This document shows, piece after piece, positions 25,489-36,399 of a DNA stretch of 40,366 bases (within the stretch, counting starts at the first letter, position 1; every line of letters begins with the position of its first letter). The position numbers were made by a program, and so were the translations under genes. This stretch comes from Bacteroidota bacterium (GTDB lineage Bacteria > Bacteroidota > Ignavibacteria > UBA10030 > SZUA-254). A model generated the notes under the pieces. That model ran no database searches, had not been told where the DNA came from, and worked only from the letters and a program-made list of their open reading frames with translations. The stretch covers positions 1 through 40,366 of the forward strand of contig JAWOMQ010000179.1 of the NCBI GenBank assembly GCA_033852415.1, in the 5' to 3' direction.

Positions 25489-26778
25489 ATGACTCCGTCT
25501 TCCGCTGTCAAGTTTCTCTATGATCTCCAGTTTTTCGGGATGAAGGCTGGATTGGAGAACATCACGCTGCTGCTTGATGCACTCGGTCACCCTGAACGTT
25601 CCTATCCTGTCATTCATATCGCTGGGACAAACGGGAAGGGCTCAGTATCCTCAATGATTGCCTCTGTCCTTTCTTCAGCAGGGTTTAAAACGGGATTGTA
25701 CACCTCCCCTCACCTCGTCGATTTCACCGAGCGGATCAGGGTCGATGGCAAACTCATTCCGCGAACGAAAGTTATAGAATTCACGGTTATGCTTCGTCCC
25801 CTCATCGAGAGGATAAAGGCAACCTTCTTCGAAGCTACGACCGCCATGGCATTCCAGTACTTCAAGGAGAGCGGAGTGGATGTTGCCGTCATCGAAACAG
25901 GTCTGGGCGGACGCCTCGACGCTACGAACGTCGTCACTCCGATGGTTTCCGTGATCACCAATATCGGTTTCGATCATACTGAGCACCTTGGAAATAGCCT
26001 CAAGGCGATTGCGCGGGAAAAAGGAGGCATCATAAAAAAGGGAGTTCCGATTGTGACCGCAGAACGTGAAGGTCCGGCTTTTGAGGAACTCGCGCGCATT
26101 GCACGGCGAAAATCCTCTCGTCTGTTTTCTGCTGGAGATTTTGTGCGTTTCTCTGTGCGCAAGAGGTCGCTCGAATACACGGATATCACCTTTCAGACAG
26201 ATAAGTGGCGGGAATTCAGCGCACAACTTAGTCTTGCAGGGGATCATCAGACGAAAAATGCACAAACCGCCCTCGCTGCATTGCAGCGGTTGCCCGACCC
26301 GTTTTCAAAGCAGCTGGATCGTCGCGCAATTGTTGATGGTTTGGCTGGAGTCCAACGTCGGACGGGTTTGCGCGCACGCCTTGAGGTTGTACGACGGAAC
26401 CCGCTTATTGTCGTCGATGTTGCCCATAATCCTCAGGGGATTTACACTTCCCTGCGGTCGTTGAGGTCCCTGCTCGCCGGAAGATGGCTTATTGTCTTTG
26501 GCGTGATGGCGGATAAGAACTTCCGACCGATGGTGGAGGAAATCGGACGGTACAGTCGGTTAGTGATTGCGGTCCGTCCCCTTATATCACGTGCACTTGA
26601 CTCTCGCGTCCTCGTAGATTGTTTCCATGGTTACGGCGCCAGGGCGCTTGATGGTGGACGTGTTGCTCATGGGCTTGCCCTGATGAAGACCGAGCAGAGG
26701 GCGGGTGAACCGGTGGTTATCCTGGGATCTCATTTTGTAGCCGGAGAGGCATTAATTTTCCTTAATTCTGAGAACTAA
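25489..26778 (+). CDS. folC: Folylpolyglutamate synthase/dihydrofolate synthase
   Basis: HIAGTNGKGS, YTSPHL, ETGLGGRLDATN, DVAHN. Confidence 0.96.
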   Translation: MTPSSAVKFLYDLQFFGMKAGLENITLLLDALGHPERSYPVIHIAGTNGKGSVSSMIASVLSSAGFKTGLYTSPHLVDFTERIRVDGKLIPRTKVIEFTVMLRPLIERIKATFFEATTAMAFQYFKESGVDVAVIETGLGGRLDATNVVTPMVSVITNIGFDHTEHLGNSLKAIAREKGGIIKKGVPIVTAEREGPAFEELARIARRKSSRLFSAGDFVRFSVRKRSLEYTDITFQTDKWREFSAQLSLAGDHQTKNAQTALAALQRLPDPFSKQLDRRAIVDGLAGVQRRTGLRARLEVVRRNPLIVVDVAHNPQGIYTSLRSLRSLLAGRWLIVFGVMADKNFRPMVEEIGRYSRLVIAVRPLISRALDSRVLVDCFHGYGARALDGGRVAHGLALMKTEQRAGEPVVILGSHFVAGEALIFLNSEN

Positions 26779-26781
26779 AAC

Positions 26782-26810
26782 TTGACTTTGAGCAAACTGA
26801 GGTTTATATT
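26782..26810 (+). promoter_or_regulatory. Putative sigma70 promoter of rho
   Basis: TTGACT-N17-TATATT. Confidence 0.7.
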
Positions 26811-26987
26811 TATTACGGAGTTAAAGAGGAAGCTCGTTATCTTCCCTGTAAGCTGTAAATTAACCACCACTCAGCACATCGGATTTATCCTCATTTACCT
26901 GTAATAGTGCTACTGTAAAACGGTCGTCAGACTTTAAGTCTTTTCCCAAAATTTTTTCATTTCAACCTTATAGGGTATTAAATCGCT

Positions 26988-28241
26988 ATGCCTATGGACA
27001 TTGCAGAGCTGAAATCCAAAAAGATTTCTGAGCTCACAAAAATTGCCAAGGAACTTAATATTGTCGGCTATGCGGATTTGCGTAAACAAGACATGATTTT
27101 CAAGATTCTCGAAGCGCAAACTGAGAAGGATGGGCTGACATTCAGCAAGGGGGTACTTGAGGTTCTCCCCGATGGTTACGGATTTCTCCGCTCGGTCGAC
27201 TATAACTACCTTCCCTCTCCTGATGATATCTACGTTTCACCTTCGCAAATCAAGAAATTCAATTTGAGAACAGGGGATTCTGTCACCGGTCAGGTGCGCC
27301 CTCCAAAGGAAGGGGAACGTTTTTTTGCGCTCCTCCGGGTTGAAGCCGTAAACGATGAAAATCCTGACGCGATTCGCGATCGGGTCCTCTTCGATAATCT
27401 CACTCCGCTATATCCAAACAACCGTATTAAACTTGAAACCTCTCCCGGCGAATACTCAATGCGTATCATGGATCTCCTCACGCCGCTCGGAAAAGGTCAA
27501 CGGGGAATGATTGTATCTCCACCAAAAGCCGGGAAGACAATCCTCCTCCAGAAAATCGCAAACAGTGTACTCCGGAATCATCCCGAAATTTTTCTCATCG
27601 TTTTGCTTATTGATGAACGCCCTGAAGAAGTAACCGACATGGAACGGTCGGTCAACGCTGAAGTTGTGAGTTCGACGTTCGACGAACCGCCGGAGCGCCA
27701 TGTTCAGGTTGCGGATATGGTTCTTGAGAAGGCAAAACGCCTTGTTGAAGCGAAAAAAGATGTCGTTATTCTCTTGGACAGTATCACCCGGCTCGCGAGG
27801 GCACACAATACGGTTGTTCCTCACAGCGGCAAGATTCTCTCCGGCGGTGTCGACGCAAATGCTCTCCACCGGCCCAAACGGTTTTTCGGTGCCGCAAGAA
27901 ATGTAGAAGAAGGTGGAAGCCTTACCATCATTGCTACTGCACTGATTGAAACCGGTAGCAGGATGGACGAGGTCATATTTGAAGAGTTTAAGGGTACGGG
28001 CAATATGGAAATCATACTGGATCGCAAACTGAGCGATCGCCGCATGTTCCCAGCAATTGATGTCAATCGATCTGGTACACGTAAAGAAGAGCTTCTTCTC
28101 GATGCCGATGAGCTCAACAGGGTATGGATCCTGCGCAAATTGTTAAGCGATTTCTCAACCGTCGAGGCGATGGAGTTCTCCCTTGAGAAAATGCGCGGAA
28201 CGAAGACCAACAAAGAGTTCCTACGCTCAATGAATAGCTAA
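26988..28241 (+). CDS. rho: Transcription termination factor Rho
   Basis: [47 protein letters not shown]. Confidence 0.99.
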   Translation: MPMDIAELKSKKISELTKIAKELNIVGYADLRKQDMIFKILEAQTEKDGLTFSKGVLEVLPDGYGFLRSVDYNYLPSPDDIYVSPSQIKKFNLRTGDSVTGQVRPPKEGERFFALLRVEAVNDENPDAIRDRVLFDNLTPLYPNNRIKLETSPGEYSMRIMDLLTPLGKGQRGMIVSPPKAGKTILLQKIANSVLRNHPEIFLIVLLIDERPEEVTDMERSVNAEVVSSTFDEPPERHVQVADMVLEKAKRLVEAKKDVVILLDSITRLARAHNTVVPHSGKILSGGVDANALHRPKRFFGAARNVEEGGSLTIIATALIETGSRMDEVIFEEFKGTGNMEIILDRKLSDRRMFPAIDVNRSGTRKEELLLDADELNRVWILRKLLSDFSTVEAMEFSLEKMRGTKTNKEFLRSMNS

Positions 28242-28289
28242 ATCTCCCCAATTTACTTCATTTTTGTCAATTCTGACTTTGTTTAGGGC

Positions 28290-28318
28290 TTGACTTTAAT
28301 CTGTGCAAGCAGTAAATT
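28290..28318 (+). promoter_or_regulatory. Putative sigma70 promoter of the OmpA-family gene
   Basis: TTGACT-N17-TAAATT. Confidence 0.6.
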
Positions 28319-28345
28319 GCCCACGTGATAATACGTCATGGCTGC

Positions 28346-29884
28346 ATGAAAACGGCAAAATACCTCGTCATTGCGCTTGTTTCTCTCACAGCCGGCGTCC
28401 TCTCAGCTTACGCCCAGGTCGTAAAAAGTCCTGATGACCTTCAGGATAATATTGGAGTTGGGATCTTCCTTGGAGAGGCTTCGCCGTACACCGATATTCC
28501 TGAGCATAACACGTACCCCATCGCCAGAGGCTTTGTCAGATACTATGCATCCTCCAATTTTGCCTTCGAACTCGGGGTTGGACTGACGAGACTGGCGGCA
28601 GACGACGGGAACCACTATTTCTCTTCCAGCCTGTTCCCGGTCGATGGCCGTCTGGTCGTCAATCTTTTGAAGGAACAAAAGTTTCAACCTTACGTTTTCG
28701 CAGGTGTAGGTCTCGTTCACTTCAATCCTCTTAATCAAAGTGATCTCGCACTCCCGAGAAACGCCCAGAATGAATATAGTCACTTCACAACCGAAATACC
28801 CGTTGGTGCAGGCTTTCAAACCATGATTTCTGATGCTACGGGAATCGGTCTCCAGGTGGTTTACCATTCTCTCGGAACCGATAATCTCGACGATCTGAAA
28901 AGTGGTGGAAACGATTATTTCTGGAGTTTTGGTTTGAATATTATCTCCTTCCTGAAACCAGTCAATAATGATTGGGATGGAGATGGTCTAACGAATGATG
29001 AAGAAATACAGCTTGGAACTGATCCTCACAATCCGGATACGGATGGTGATGGATTACGGGATGGAGAAGAGGTGCATGTGTATCATACCGATCCGCTGAA
29101 ATTCGACACCGATGGTGATGGTCTCAGCGACGGCGATGAAGTGTTGAAATATCATACCGATCCACTCAAATACGATACCGATGGAGACGGTCTCAGCGAC
29201 GGTGATGAGGTGTTGAGGTATCATACCGATCCATTGAACAAGGATACTGACGGAGACGGTCTGACTGACGGCGACGAGGTCCTTAAGTATCATACCGATC
29301 CATTAAATAAAGACACTGACGGAGACGGGTTGACCGATGGCGATGAAGTACTGAAATATCATACCGATCCTCTGAAGAAAGACACCGATGGAGACGGGCT
29401 GACAGACGGCGATGAGGTGTTGAAGTACCATACTGATCCGCTGAAACTCGACACCGATGGTGGTGGGATGCCGGACGGCAAAGAGGTTCAACTGGGGCTC
29501 AATCCTCTGGATCCAAGCGATGATGTCCCTATCATCAACGTCGGCGAGAGGATAATCCTCGAAGGGGTCAATTTTGAGACGGGAAAAACGACATTGCTCC
29601 CGGCAGCCAAGAACATCCTTGATCAGGTTGCCGCAAGTCTTCTGGCCGCTCCCACTGCAGAAGTCGCCATACACGGTCACACCGACAACGTCGGCGGTGC
29701 GAAATATAACATGCAGCTCTCCGTAGGTCGCGCAGAGGCCGTGAAAGCGTATCTTGTCAGCAAAGGAATCGCGGCTTCTCGTATCACAACCAAAGGATTC
29801 GGGTTCACAAAACCGATCGCTGATAATTCGACTGCGGCAGGCCGGGCAAAAAATCGTAGGATTGAATTCATCCGGTTAAAGTAA
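28346..29884 (+). CDS. OmpA-family protein: N-terminal beta-barrel, TSP3-like Ca-binding repeats, C-terminal peptidoglycan-binding domain
   Basis: Signal peptide; DTDGDG repeats; VNFETG, GHTD, LSVGRAEAV, NRRIEF. Confidence 0.92.
   Translation: MKTAKYLVIALVSLTAGVLSAYAQVVKSPDDLQDNIGVGIFLGEASPYTDIPEHNTYPIARGFVRYYASSNFAFELGVGLTRLAADDGNHYFSSSLFPVDGRLVVNLLKEQKFQPYVFAGVGLVHFNPLNQSDLALPRNAQNEYSHFTTEIPVGAGFQTMISDATGIGLQVVYHSLGTDNLDDLKSGGNDYFWSFGLNIISFLKPVNNDWDGDGLTNDEEIQLGTDPHNPDTDGDGLRDGEEVHVYHTDPLKFDTDGDGLSDGDEVLKYHTDPLKYDTDGDGLSDGDEVLRYHTDPLNKDTDGDGLTDGDEVLKYHTDPLNKDTDGDGLTDGDEVLKYHTDPLKKDTDGDGLTDGDEVLKYHTDPLKLDTDGGGMPDGKEVQLGLNPLDPSDDVPIINVGERIILEGVNFETGKTTLLPAAKNILDQVAASLLAAPTAEVAIHGHTDNVGGAKYNMQLSVGRAEAVKAYLVSKGIAASRITTKGFGFTKPIADNSTAAGRAKNRRIEFIRLK
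28970..29524 (+). repeat. Coding tandem repeat, ~69 bp (23 aa) unit, 8 copies
   Basis: Unit DTDGDGL(S/T)DGDEVLKYHTDPLxx; CATAC(C/T)GATCC recurs every 69 nt. Confidence 0.95.
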
Positions 29885-29907
29885 TTATCAAGTTCGTACG
29901 TGCGTCT

Positions 29908-29945
29908 AAATCCCATCCCCACTTTGTGGGAGTGGGATTTTTTTT
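29908..29945 (+). terminator. Intrinsic terminator
   Basis: AAATCCCATCCCCAC-ttt-GTGGGAGTGGGATTT plus T run. Confidence 0.8.
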
Positions 29946-30119
29946 GCATCTTTTTCGATTTTGTAGTAACTTCTTCGAAATCGACTTGTCACGTACCAGC
30001 TCATAGAGGTTTTATCATTTGTGTCCTGGAAGCGTGCAACGACTGGTCAAAGGTGAAACTCTCATTCCGCTGTGACTCCCTGAACCAGGATGATCATGAA
30101 GAAAGTTGAGTGACTGTCT

Positions 30120-31298
30120 ATGGCTAATGAAGTTGTCATCGCAAGTGCATGCCGAACCCCCATCGGTTCTTTTAATGGGGTCCTTTCTCCGGTGTCGGCG
30201 ACCCAACTCGGTGCTACGGTGATAAAAGAGGCCCTGACAAGGGCAAATCTCAAACCGGAATCCATTGATGAGGTGAACATGGGATGTGTGCTGACTGCAG
30301 GCATCGGTCAGGCACCTGCGCGCCAGGCTGCGATATTCGCCGGGCTCCCGAGTTCTGTTCAGTGCCTGACCGTAAACAAGGTTTGCGGCTCCGGCTTGAA
30401 AGCGGTGATGCTTGGCGCACAGTCGATTATGCTGGGAGACGCGAATATTGTGGTTGCAGGGGGTATGGAGAGTATGTCCAATGTCCCCTACTTGCTCGAC
30501 AAAGCGCGATCGGGCTACCGCATGGGGCATGGCCAGCTCATTGACTGCATGATTAAGGACGGTCTCTGGGATGTCTATAATGATTTTCATATGGGAAATG
30601 CGGCAGAACTTTGTGCGGCCGCATGTGATATCCCTCGTAACGCGCAGGACGAGTTTGCAATTGGAAGTTATAAGCGCGCGTTGGAAGCTCAGACCAGGGG
30701 ACTATTCAGAGAGGAGATCGTTCCGGTCCCGGTTCCGCAAAGATCCGGGGAACCGGTGCTTGTCCGCGAGGATGAAGAGCCCGGCAAAGCAAAATTCGAT
30801 AAAATACCTACGTTGAAACCGGCTTTCAAGAAGGATGGCACTGTGACAGCTGCCAACGCATCCAAAATCAATGACGGTGCCGCTGCTGTTGTCTTGATGA
30901 GCAGCGAAACTGCTTCGAGGTTAGGAGTAAAACCACTTGCCCGGATAATTGCTCACGCTTCTTTTGCGAAGAAACCGGCTGAGTTTACGACCGCTCCCGC
31001 GGATGTCATTCAGAAGGTTTTGGGCAGAGCCCATCTTTCTAAAGACGACATCGACCTGTTTGAAATCAATGAGGCATTTTCTGCTGTCACCATTGCTGTA
31101 AACAAGTTAATTGGACTGGATGCGTCAAAGGTTAATGTCCACGGTGGGGCAGTGGCTCTCGGTCACCCAATCGGCGCGAGCGGGGCGAGGATCCTGGTGA
31201 CACTGCTTTACGCACTCAAGCAACGGAATGCTCGCCGCGGGATGGCGGCAATCTGTATCGGTGGAGGCGAGGCGAGCGCGGTCATCGTCGAACGGTAA
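30120..31298 (+). CDS. atoB: Acetyl-CoA C-acetyltransferase (thiolase)
   Basis: [39 protein letters not shown]. Confidence 0.95.
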   Translation: MANEVVIASACRTPIGSFNGVLSPVSATQLGATVIKEALTRANLKPESIDEVNMGCVLTAGIGQAPARQAAIFAGLPSSVQCLTVNKVCGSGLKAVMLGAQSIMLGDANIVVAGGMESMSNVPYLLDKARSGYRMGHGQLIDCMIKDGLWDVYNDFHMGNAAELCAAACDIPRNAQDEFAIGSYKRALEAQTRGLFREEIVPVPVPQRSGEPVLVREDEEPGKAKFDKIPTLKPAFKKDGTVTAANASKINDGAAAVVLMSSETASRLGVKPLARIIAHASFAKKPAEFTTAPADVIQKVLGRAHLSKDDIDLFEINEAFSAVTIAVNKLIGLDASKVNVHGGAVALGHPIGASGARILVTLLYALKQRNARRGMAAICIGGGEASAVIVER

Positions 31299-31309
31299 GA
31301 GGCACTTCT

Positions 31310-32167
31310 ATGCACATAAAGAATATTGTTGTGATTGGGGCGGGTACGATGGGTAATGGAATAGCCCATGCTTTTGCGCAGTATGGGTTTCCTGTGGTTC
31401 TCAATGATGTCAAAGATGAGTTCATTCAACGCGGCCTGAACACGATCACATCGAACCTTGATCGCCAGGTTAAGAAGGCTGTCCTTACGGTAGACCAAAA
31501 GACGCAAACCCTCGCCCGAATCAGCCCAGTGCTCGACTTGTCACAGGCAGTTTCAGCAGCAGATCTGGTTATCGAGGCTGTGACCGAGAATCTGACGATC
31601 AAAGAGAAAATATTCCTGGCGGCCGACCAGTCTGCGCCGAGGGACGCAATCCTTGCTTCGAACACTTCATCCATCTCTATCACCGAGTTGGCTGGAAAGA
31701 CCCGTAGACCCGAAAAGGTGATTGGGATGCATTTTATGAATCCCGTTCCTGTTATGAAACTCGTTGAGGTCATCAGAGGATTGGCTACATCGGAGGAAAC
31801 GACCCGCTCCATTCTCGAGGTTACGAGAATCCTTGATAAGACTCCGGTCGAGGTCATGGATTATCCCGGCTTCATCTCGAATCGAATTCTGTTACCCATG
31901 ATTAACGAAGCAGTTTTTTGTGTCATGGAGGGAGTAGCGACGCCCGAAGCGATCGATACCGTTATGAAGCTTGGCATGAACCATCCTATGGGGCCTCTCA
32001 CACTTGCTGATTTCATCGGATTGGATGTCTGCCTGGCTATTATGGAAGTTCTTCACACAGGACTCGGGGACGACAAGTATCGTCCCTGTCCACTCCTCAA
32101 GAAAATGGTCGCGGCGGGACGACTCGGGAGAAAGTCGGGGCAGGGTTTCTATAGTTATAATAACTAA
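31310..32167 (+). CDS. hbd: 3-hydroxybutyryl-CoA dehydrogenase
   Basis: [41 protein letters not shown]. Confidence 0.95.
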   Translation: MHIKNIVVIGAGTMGNGIAHAFAQYGFPVVLNDVKDEFIQRGLNTITSNLDRQVKKAVLTVDQKTQTLARISPVLDLSQAVSAADLVIEAVTENLTIKEKIFLAADQSAPRDAILASNTSSISITELAGKTRRPEKVIGMHFMNPVPVMKLVEVIRGLATSEETTRSILEVTRILDKTPVEVMDYPGFISNRILLPMINEAVFCVMEGVATPEAIDTVMKLGMNHPMGPLTLADFIGLDVCLAIMEVLHTGLGDDKYRPCPLLKKMVAAGRLGRKSGQGFYSYNN

Positions 32168-32204
32168 AATGTGATCACCGCTCTTATTCTCATAAGGATT
32201 GAAA

Positions 32205-33347
32205 ATGGATTTTGACTTCAATGAAACTCAGTTGATGATCCGCGATACCGCCCGGAAATTTGCCATCGAGGAGCTGGCCCCATCCGCTGTGGAACGGGAC
32301 GCAAAGGAAGAGTTCCCGCATGAGGCAGTTGCGAAAATGGGCGAATTGGGTTTCATGGGTATGATGGTTCCAGAGAAATATGGTGGTTCCGGATTCGATA
32401 CAGTGAGTTACGTTCTGGCACTCATCGAAATTTCGAAGGTGGATGCCTCGTGCGGCGTCATTATGTCAGTGAATAACTCACTGGTTTGCCACGGCCTTCA
32501 CCTATGGGGCTCTGAAGAACAAAAGCAGCGATATCTGCTGCAGTTAGCCTCGGGGAAAAAGCTCGGCGCATTTGCCCTCTCCGAGCCCGAAGCGGGGAGC
32601 GATGCATCAAACCAACATACAATGGCAGAGCGTGGAGATGGATATTACCTCCTTAACGGCACCAAAAACTGGATCACTAACGGTTCGACTGCCGACTATG
32701 TCCTTGTCATGGCTACAACCGATCGGTCAAAGGCATCGCACGGGATCAGTACGTTTCTCGTTGAGAAAGGGACACCTGGATTCGCGGTGGCGAAGAAAGA
32801 GAAGAAACTCGGGATAAGAAGTTCAGATACTGTTTCTCTTTCATTCCAGGATTGCAAGGTTCCTGTCGAGAACCGGATCGGGGAAGAAGGGTTTGGATTC
32901 AAATTTGCCATGAAAACTCTTGATGGCGGACGTATCGGAATCGCTGCGCAGGCGGTCGGGATTGCGCGGGCATCGCTGGACGCTTCGATCAACTATGCGA
33001 AGCAACGAAAGGCGTTCGGGAAGCCGATCTCAGATTTTCAGGCGATTCAATTTAAGATTGCTGATATGGCCACGAAAGTGGATGCGGCCGAGCTCCTGAC
33101 ACTTAAAGCTGCCTCGCTCAAGGATGCCGGACAGCCCTTTGCGAATGCTGCCGCAATGGCGAAATTGTATGCTTCCAAGGTTGCGGTCGAAGCAGCGCTT
33201 GAGGCGATCCAGATCCACGGAGGATATGGATATGTTCAGGAATATTTGGTCGAACGTTACTTGCGGGATGCGAAAATCACTGAGATTTATGAAGGGACAT
33301 CTGAAATCCAACGGATTGTTATTTCTCGAGGGTTGTTGAAGGACTAA
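32205..33347 (+). CDS. Acyl-CoA dehydrogenase (short-chain/butyryl-CoA type)
   Basis: FALSEPEAGSD, GTKNWITNG, GRIGIAAQ, QIHGGYGY, IYEGTSEIQ. Confidence 0.95.
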   Translation: MDFDFNETQLMIRDTARKFAIEELAPSAVERDAKEEFPHEAVAKMGELGFMGMMVPEKYGGSGFDTVSYVLALIEISKVDASCGVIMSVNNSLVCHGLHLWGSEEQKQRYLLQLASGKKLGAFALSEPEAGSDASNQHTMAERGDGYYLLNGTKNWITNGSTADYVLVMATTDRSKASHGISTFLVEKGTPGFAVAKKEKKLGIRSSDTVSLSFQDCKVPVENRIGEEGFGFKFAMKTLDGGRIGIAAQAVGIARASLDASINYAKQRKAFGKPISDFQAIQFKIADMATKVDAAELLTLKAASLKDAGQPFANAAAMAKLYASKVAVEAALEAIQIHGGYGYVQEYLVERYLRDAKITEIYEGTSEIQRIVISRGLLKD

Positions 33348-33361
33348 TCACAATAAAGGAG

Positions 33362-33835
33362 ATGTTCATGAAAGCGCTCTTTTTCTCGTTCTTGCTCCTT
33401 ACGTTCTGCATATCAATGGCAGATTCTCAAATCATTACTCTTGGAGGACGCCTCGGGTTATCAGATCTCAGTTCATCGACGGGGCTGCAAATTGGTGCAA
33501 CCGGAGATTATGCGTTCAAACATAATATGCTGATCGGCACTGACCTAAATTTGAATACGCAGGATAATACACCGTTTGAGTGGGCGAATTACTTCAAGTA
33601 CTTGATAGACCTTCCCACAACCAATGCACAACCATACGTCGATGCGGGATTCAGCATTTGGGCATTTACTGGCGGACCATATTTTGGGCTCCGTTTCGGA
33701 GGGGGTGTCTATTTTCCCCTTACCAACCAATTGTATATTCCGGCAGATCTACAGCTTGGTCCGGTTTTCACAAACGGATCGTCAAGTTTCTACTTTGTCA
33801 TATCAAGCGGAATTAGGTATGTTCTACCAAATTGA
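33362..33835 (+). CDS. Small outer-membrane beta-barrel protein
   Basis: AAGGAG RBS, signal peptide, alternating amphipathic strands, PYV..G, terminal GIRY. Confidence 0.75.
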   Translation: MFMKALFFSFLLLTFCISMADSQIITLGGRLGLSDLSSSTGLQIGATGDYAFKHNMLIGTDLNLNTQDNTPFEWANYFKYLIDLPTTNAQPYVDAGFSIWAFTGGPYFGLRFGGGVYFPLTNQLYIPADLQLGPVFTNGSSSFYFVISSGIRYVLPN

Positions 33836-33879
33836 GAAATTCGGGTATATGCCGCAAAACACGTTGATTTAAAAAGAAC

Positions 33880-33908
33880 TTGACAACTGTGGTTTTTTTT
33901 GGTATAAT
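33880..33908 (+). promoter_or_regulatory. Consensus sigma70 promoter
   Basis: TTGACA-N17-TATAAT with extended -10 TG. Confidence 0.85.
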
Positions 33909-33967
33909 TAGCAGTTCTTGAAAAGGACGTTCGTAGTTCACAATTTATCCAATAACTGTTGGAGGGT

Positions 33968-34600
33968 ATGATGAAAAAAGCTCTAATATTAACAGCGGTT
34001 ATTTTGTTGGTAGGTTTATCCGTTCAGGCCCAGACTGCGAATCCGATTTATTTTGGCGCGCGTGCAGGTTTGAATATGGGAAATGCTACTTTTGATCCTG
34101 ATCTTGGGATATCAAAAAGCATGCGGACGGGTTTGGGTGCCGGCGTGTATGCCGAATTCGGGCTTGTGGAGAACCTCGCGATCACAGTGGAAGGTCTTTA
34201 CCTCCAAGATGGTTTGAAGGAAAACACTCTCCTTGGTGATGAGACCGTAAAATTGGACTTCATTCAAGTTCCCGTCAACTTGAAATACAAGTTCGCCATT
34301 CCCAATAGCCCCGTAAAACCGTTCATATTTGCTGGTGGGAATGTCGGATTCACTGCAAAAGGTGAAGTCGAAGATCCAAGTGGTGCCACTACCGATATTA
34401 AGGACTCTGTTGAATCAGTGGCATATGGCCTGCAGTTTGGTGTGGGCGCAGAATACGAAGTTTCTCCCGGCGTGAATTTGTTCTTGGATGGACAATATGG
34501 GCTCGGGCTCAAGAATGTGAATAAAGCGGGCGGTGGAGTTGAATCAATTAAGCCGTACAACATTGCCGTTATGGTTGGCCTCTCGTTCAAAGTAAACTAA
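33968..34600 (+). CDS. Outer-membrane beta-barrel (porin/PorT-like family)
   Basis: Signal peptide, FGARAGLN, FIQVPVNLKY, PFIFAGG, YGLGL, terminal GLSFKVN. Confidence 0.85.
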   Translation: MMKKALILTAVILLVGLSVQAQTANPIYFGARAGLNMGNATFDPDLGISKSMRTGLGAGVYAEFGLVENLAITVEGLYLQDGLKENTLLGDETVKLDFIQVPVNLKYKFAIPNSPVKPFIFAGGNVGFTAKGEVEDPSGATTDIKDSVESVAYGLQFGVGAEYEVSPGVNLFLDGQYGLGLKNVNKAGGGVESIKPYNIAVMVGLSFKVN

Positions 34601-34624
34601 TCTCGTCGTACATAAGTTGTTTTG

Positions 34625-34658
34625 AAAGGGGAAACCTTCGGGTTTCCCCTTTCTTTTT
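34625..34658 (+). terminator. Intrinsic terminator
   Basis: AAAGGGGAAACC-TTCG-GGTTTCCCCTTT plus CTTTTT (cUUCGg tetraloop). Confidence 0.9.
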
Positions 34659-34729
34659 CCCTGGAAAGCGTATAATTGATTGTCATATAATGACTTAGTG
34701 ATTATACTTAATAACATACAAAAAACAAC

Positions 34730-34758
34730 TTGACAAAATGTAAATAATTTGGTATAAT
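34730..34758 (+). promoter_or_regulatory. Consensus sigma70 promoter
   Basis: TTGACA-N17-TATAAT with extended -10 TG and AT-rich upstream region. Confidence 0.85.
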
Positions 34759-34829
34759 CAATTCGCAAATTTTGATGGACATAAATCGTTGAATTAATTC
34801 ACGCACCCTAAACAACAAAAAGGAGTAAT

Positions 34830-36221
34830 ATGAAAAAACTTGCTATCGTGGCTATATTGTTACTTGCGATATGCAGTCTGGCTTCTTCGCAGGCGAAACC
34901 TGGTGGAATAGCCCGCGAAATTGCGATGGGAGGGTCTCAGGCAGGGACGAGCCTCATCCTGAACCCATTCATGATGGATGATCCGGCACTCCTGCTTCTG
35001 AATCCGGCCTACCAGATACAATACAAGGACTATGCTTGGATGAATATCGCAGGTGGTGGACTAACGGGTCTGACGAGTTCCAGCAACATCTACGGCAAGC
35101 AGAATGCCGGTGTTGCTTTTGGCCTGAACAGCGATTGGGCACTTGGCGTGACATTGAGTTATGACCCTTCAGCTATTAATGCCGTCAATACACTTATGGG
35201 CCCGGTGCCATCTCCATGGGGCACAGTCCCATCGATAGAGAGTGGGCGCAGGGCCTCGGGCGCGCAATCAATACCATCAGTAGCAAATGTATGGGAAATT
35301 GTGGCAGCCAATCATCTGTCCTCTCTGGATTGGGGAATAGGAGTAATGTACGGTTGGTCAAACAGCGATTCAAAGGTTGATAATGTCAGCGGCTCTGCGT
35401 CAAACACAGAGGCGTCTTCGCATGTTTGGGGTTTCCGCGGCGGTATTAATCTTCCCTTCGGAACAGGTAACTCTCTCGACGTGAGCGCTGCCTTGAGGTT
35501 GGACAAAGCAACCGATAAAATCGACCTCACTCCGACTGTGAACAACGCTGACGGTGCGTACTCGGCATCTGGTACCGAATTCCAGGTCAATGCCAGGGCA
35601 AAGCTCAATGTTTCAAGCAAGTTTAACTTTGTCCCTTACGGGTCTTTGATCACGATAAGTGCTAATCCACAAGAGGACACGAGACCGACCGGCGTAACCA
35701 CCGCACCTGTGACAATAAACTACAATGTCTTTGCATATGCGGTTGGTGTCGGCGGGGAATATCGTACTAGTGCATTCTATTTCGCGGGTGGATTAAGCCT
35801 GCAGTCAGCACGCCTCAAGCTGGAATTCACACCTCCGGGTTCGGCGTTGCAAACATATACGTTCACGTATTCAGCGATTCCTGTGGCTAACCTCGGTGGT
35901 GAGTGGTGGTTTACGGATTGGCTGGCGGGCCGCGCTGGATATTATCGCTCCATTGGAAACATCAACAATAAGACCGAAACGTCTACTCTCACGGCTGAGA
36001 CAAATCTTTCAGTTCCGAACAGCATGATCTTTATCGGTGATGTCCCGACGACTGCTGATCAAGGTCTCGTGACCCTCGGTATTGGCTTGAAGTTCGGGGG
36101 ATGGGCTCTGGATGGAACCGTGAGTGAAGAGGCATTGCGGCGTGGTCTTGGATTGGTTGGGGCGAATGATAATATCAACACCTTCGGGTACCTCACAGCG
36201 AGTTATTATTTCGGAGAGTAA
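34830..36221 (+). CDS. Large outer-membrane beta-barrel protein (FadL/PorV-like architecture)
   Basis: AAGGAG RBS, signal peptide, AREIAMGG...NPA N-terminal motif, many amphipathic strands, terminal TASYYF. Confidence 0.75.
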   Translation: MKKLAIVAILLLAICSLASSQAKPGGIAREIAMGGSQAGTSLILNPFMMDDPALLLLNPAYQIQYKDYAWMNIAGGGLTGLTSSSNIYGKQNAGVAFGLNSDWALGVTLSYDPSAINAVNTLMGPVPSPWGTVPSIESGRRASGAQSIPSVANVWEIVAANHLSSLDWGIGVMYGWSNSDSKVDNVSGSASNTEASSHVWGFRGGINLPFGTGNSLDVSAALRLDKATDKIDLTPTVNNADGAYSASGTEFQVNARAKLNVSSKFNFVPYGSLITISANPQEDTRPTGVTTAPVTINYNVFAYAVGVGGEYRTSAFYFAGGLSLQSARLKLEFTPPGSALQTYTFTYSAIPVANLGGEWWFTDWLAGRAGYYRSIGNINNKTETSTLTAETNLSVPNSMIFIGDVPTTADQGLVTLGIGLKFGGWALDGTVSEEALRRGLGLVGANDNINTFGYLTASYYFGE

Positions 36222-36247
36222 CTTCTCTATTCATGTTGTTGTGTTCG

Positions 36248-36284
36248 GAAGGGCGACTTGCATAAGGTCGCCCTTTCTTGTTTT
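36248..36284 (+). terminator. Intrinsic terminator
   Basis: AAGGGCGAC-N9-GTCGCCCTT followed by TCTTGTTTT. Confidence 0.75.
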
Positions 36285-36399
36285 CATCTGCCAATCGGTG
36301 CGCGCATGTGTCAGCCTCATCTCTGGCGTGAAATTAACCGGTATGAAAGTTATATTGCTGTGAGAATTTCGTTTCCTGTTGAACGTTGTGGGATGAATC

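Noticed and set aside
25675-26265. 196-aa minus-strand ORF and similar shadow ORFs in the housekeeping region
   Set aside because: Antisense to folC and other conserved genes, with no independent support
28970-29524. Regular ~69-bp periodicity as a CRISPR array
   Set aside because: The units are in-frame coding repeats with third-position variation and no unique spacers
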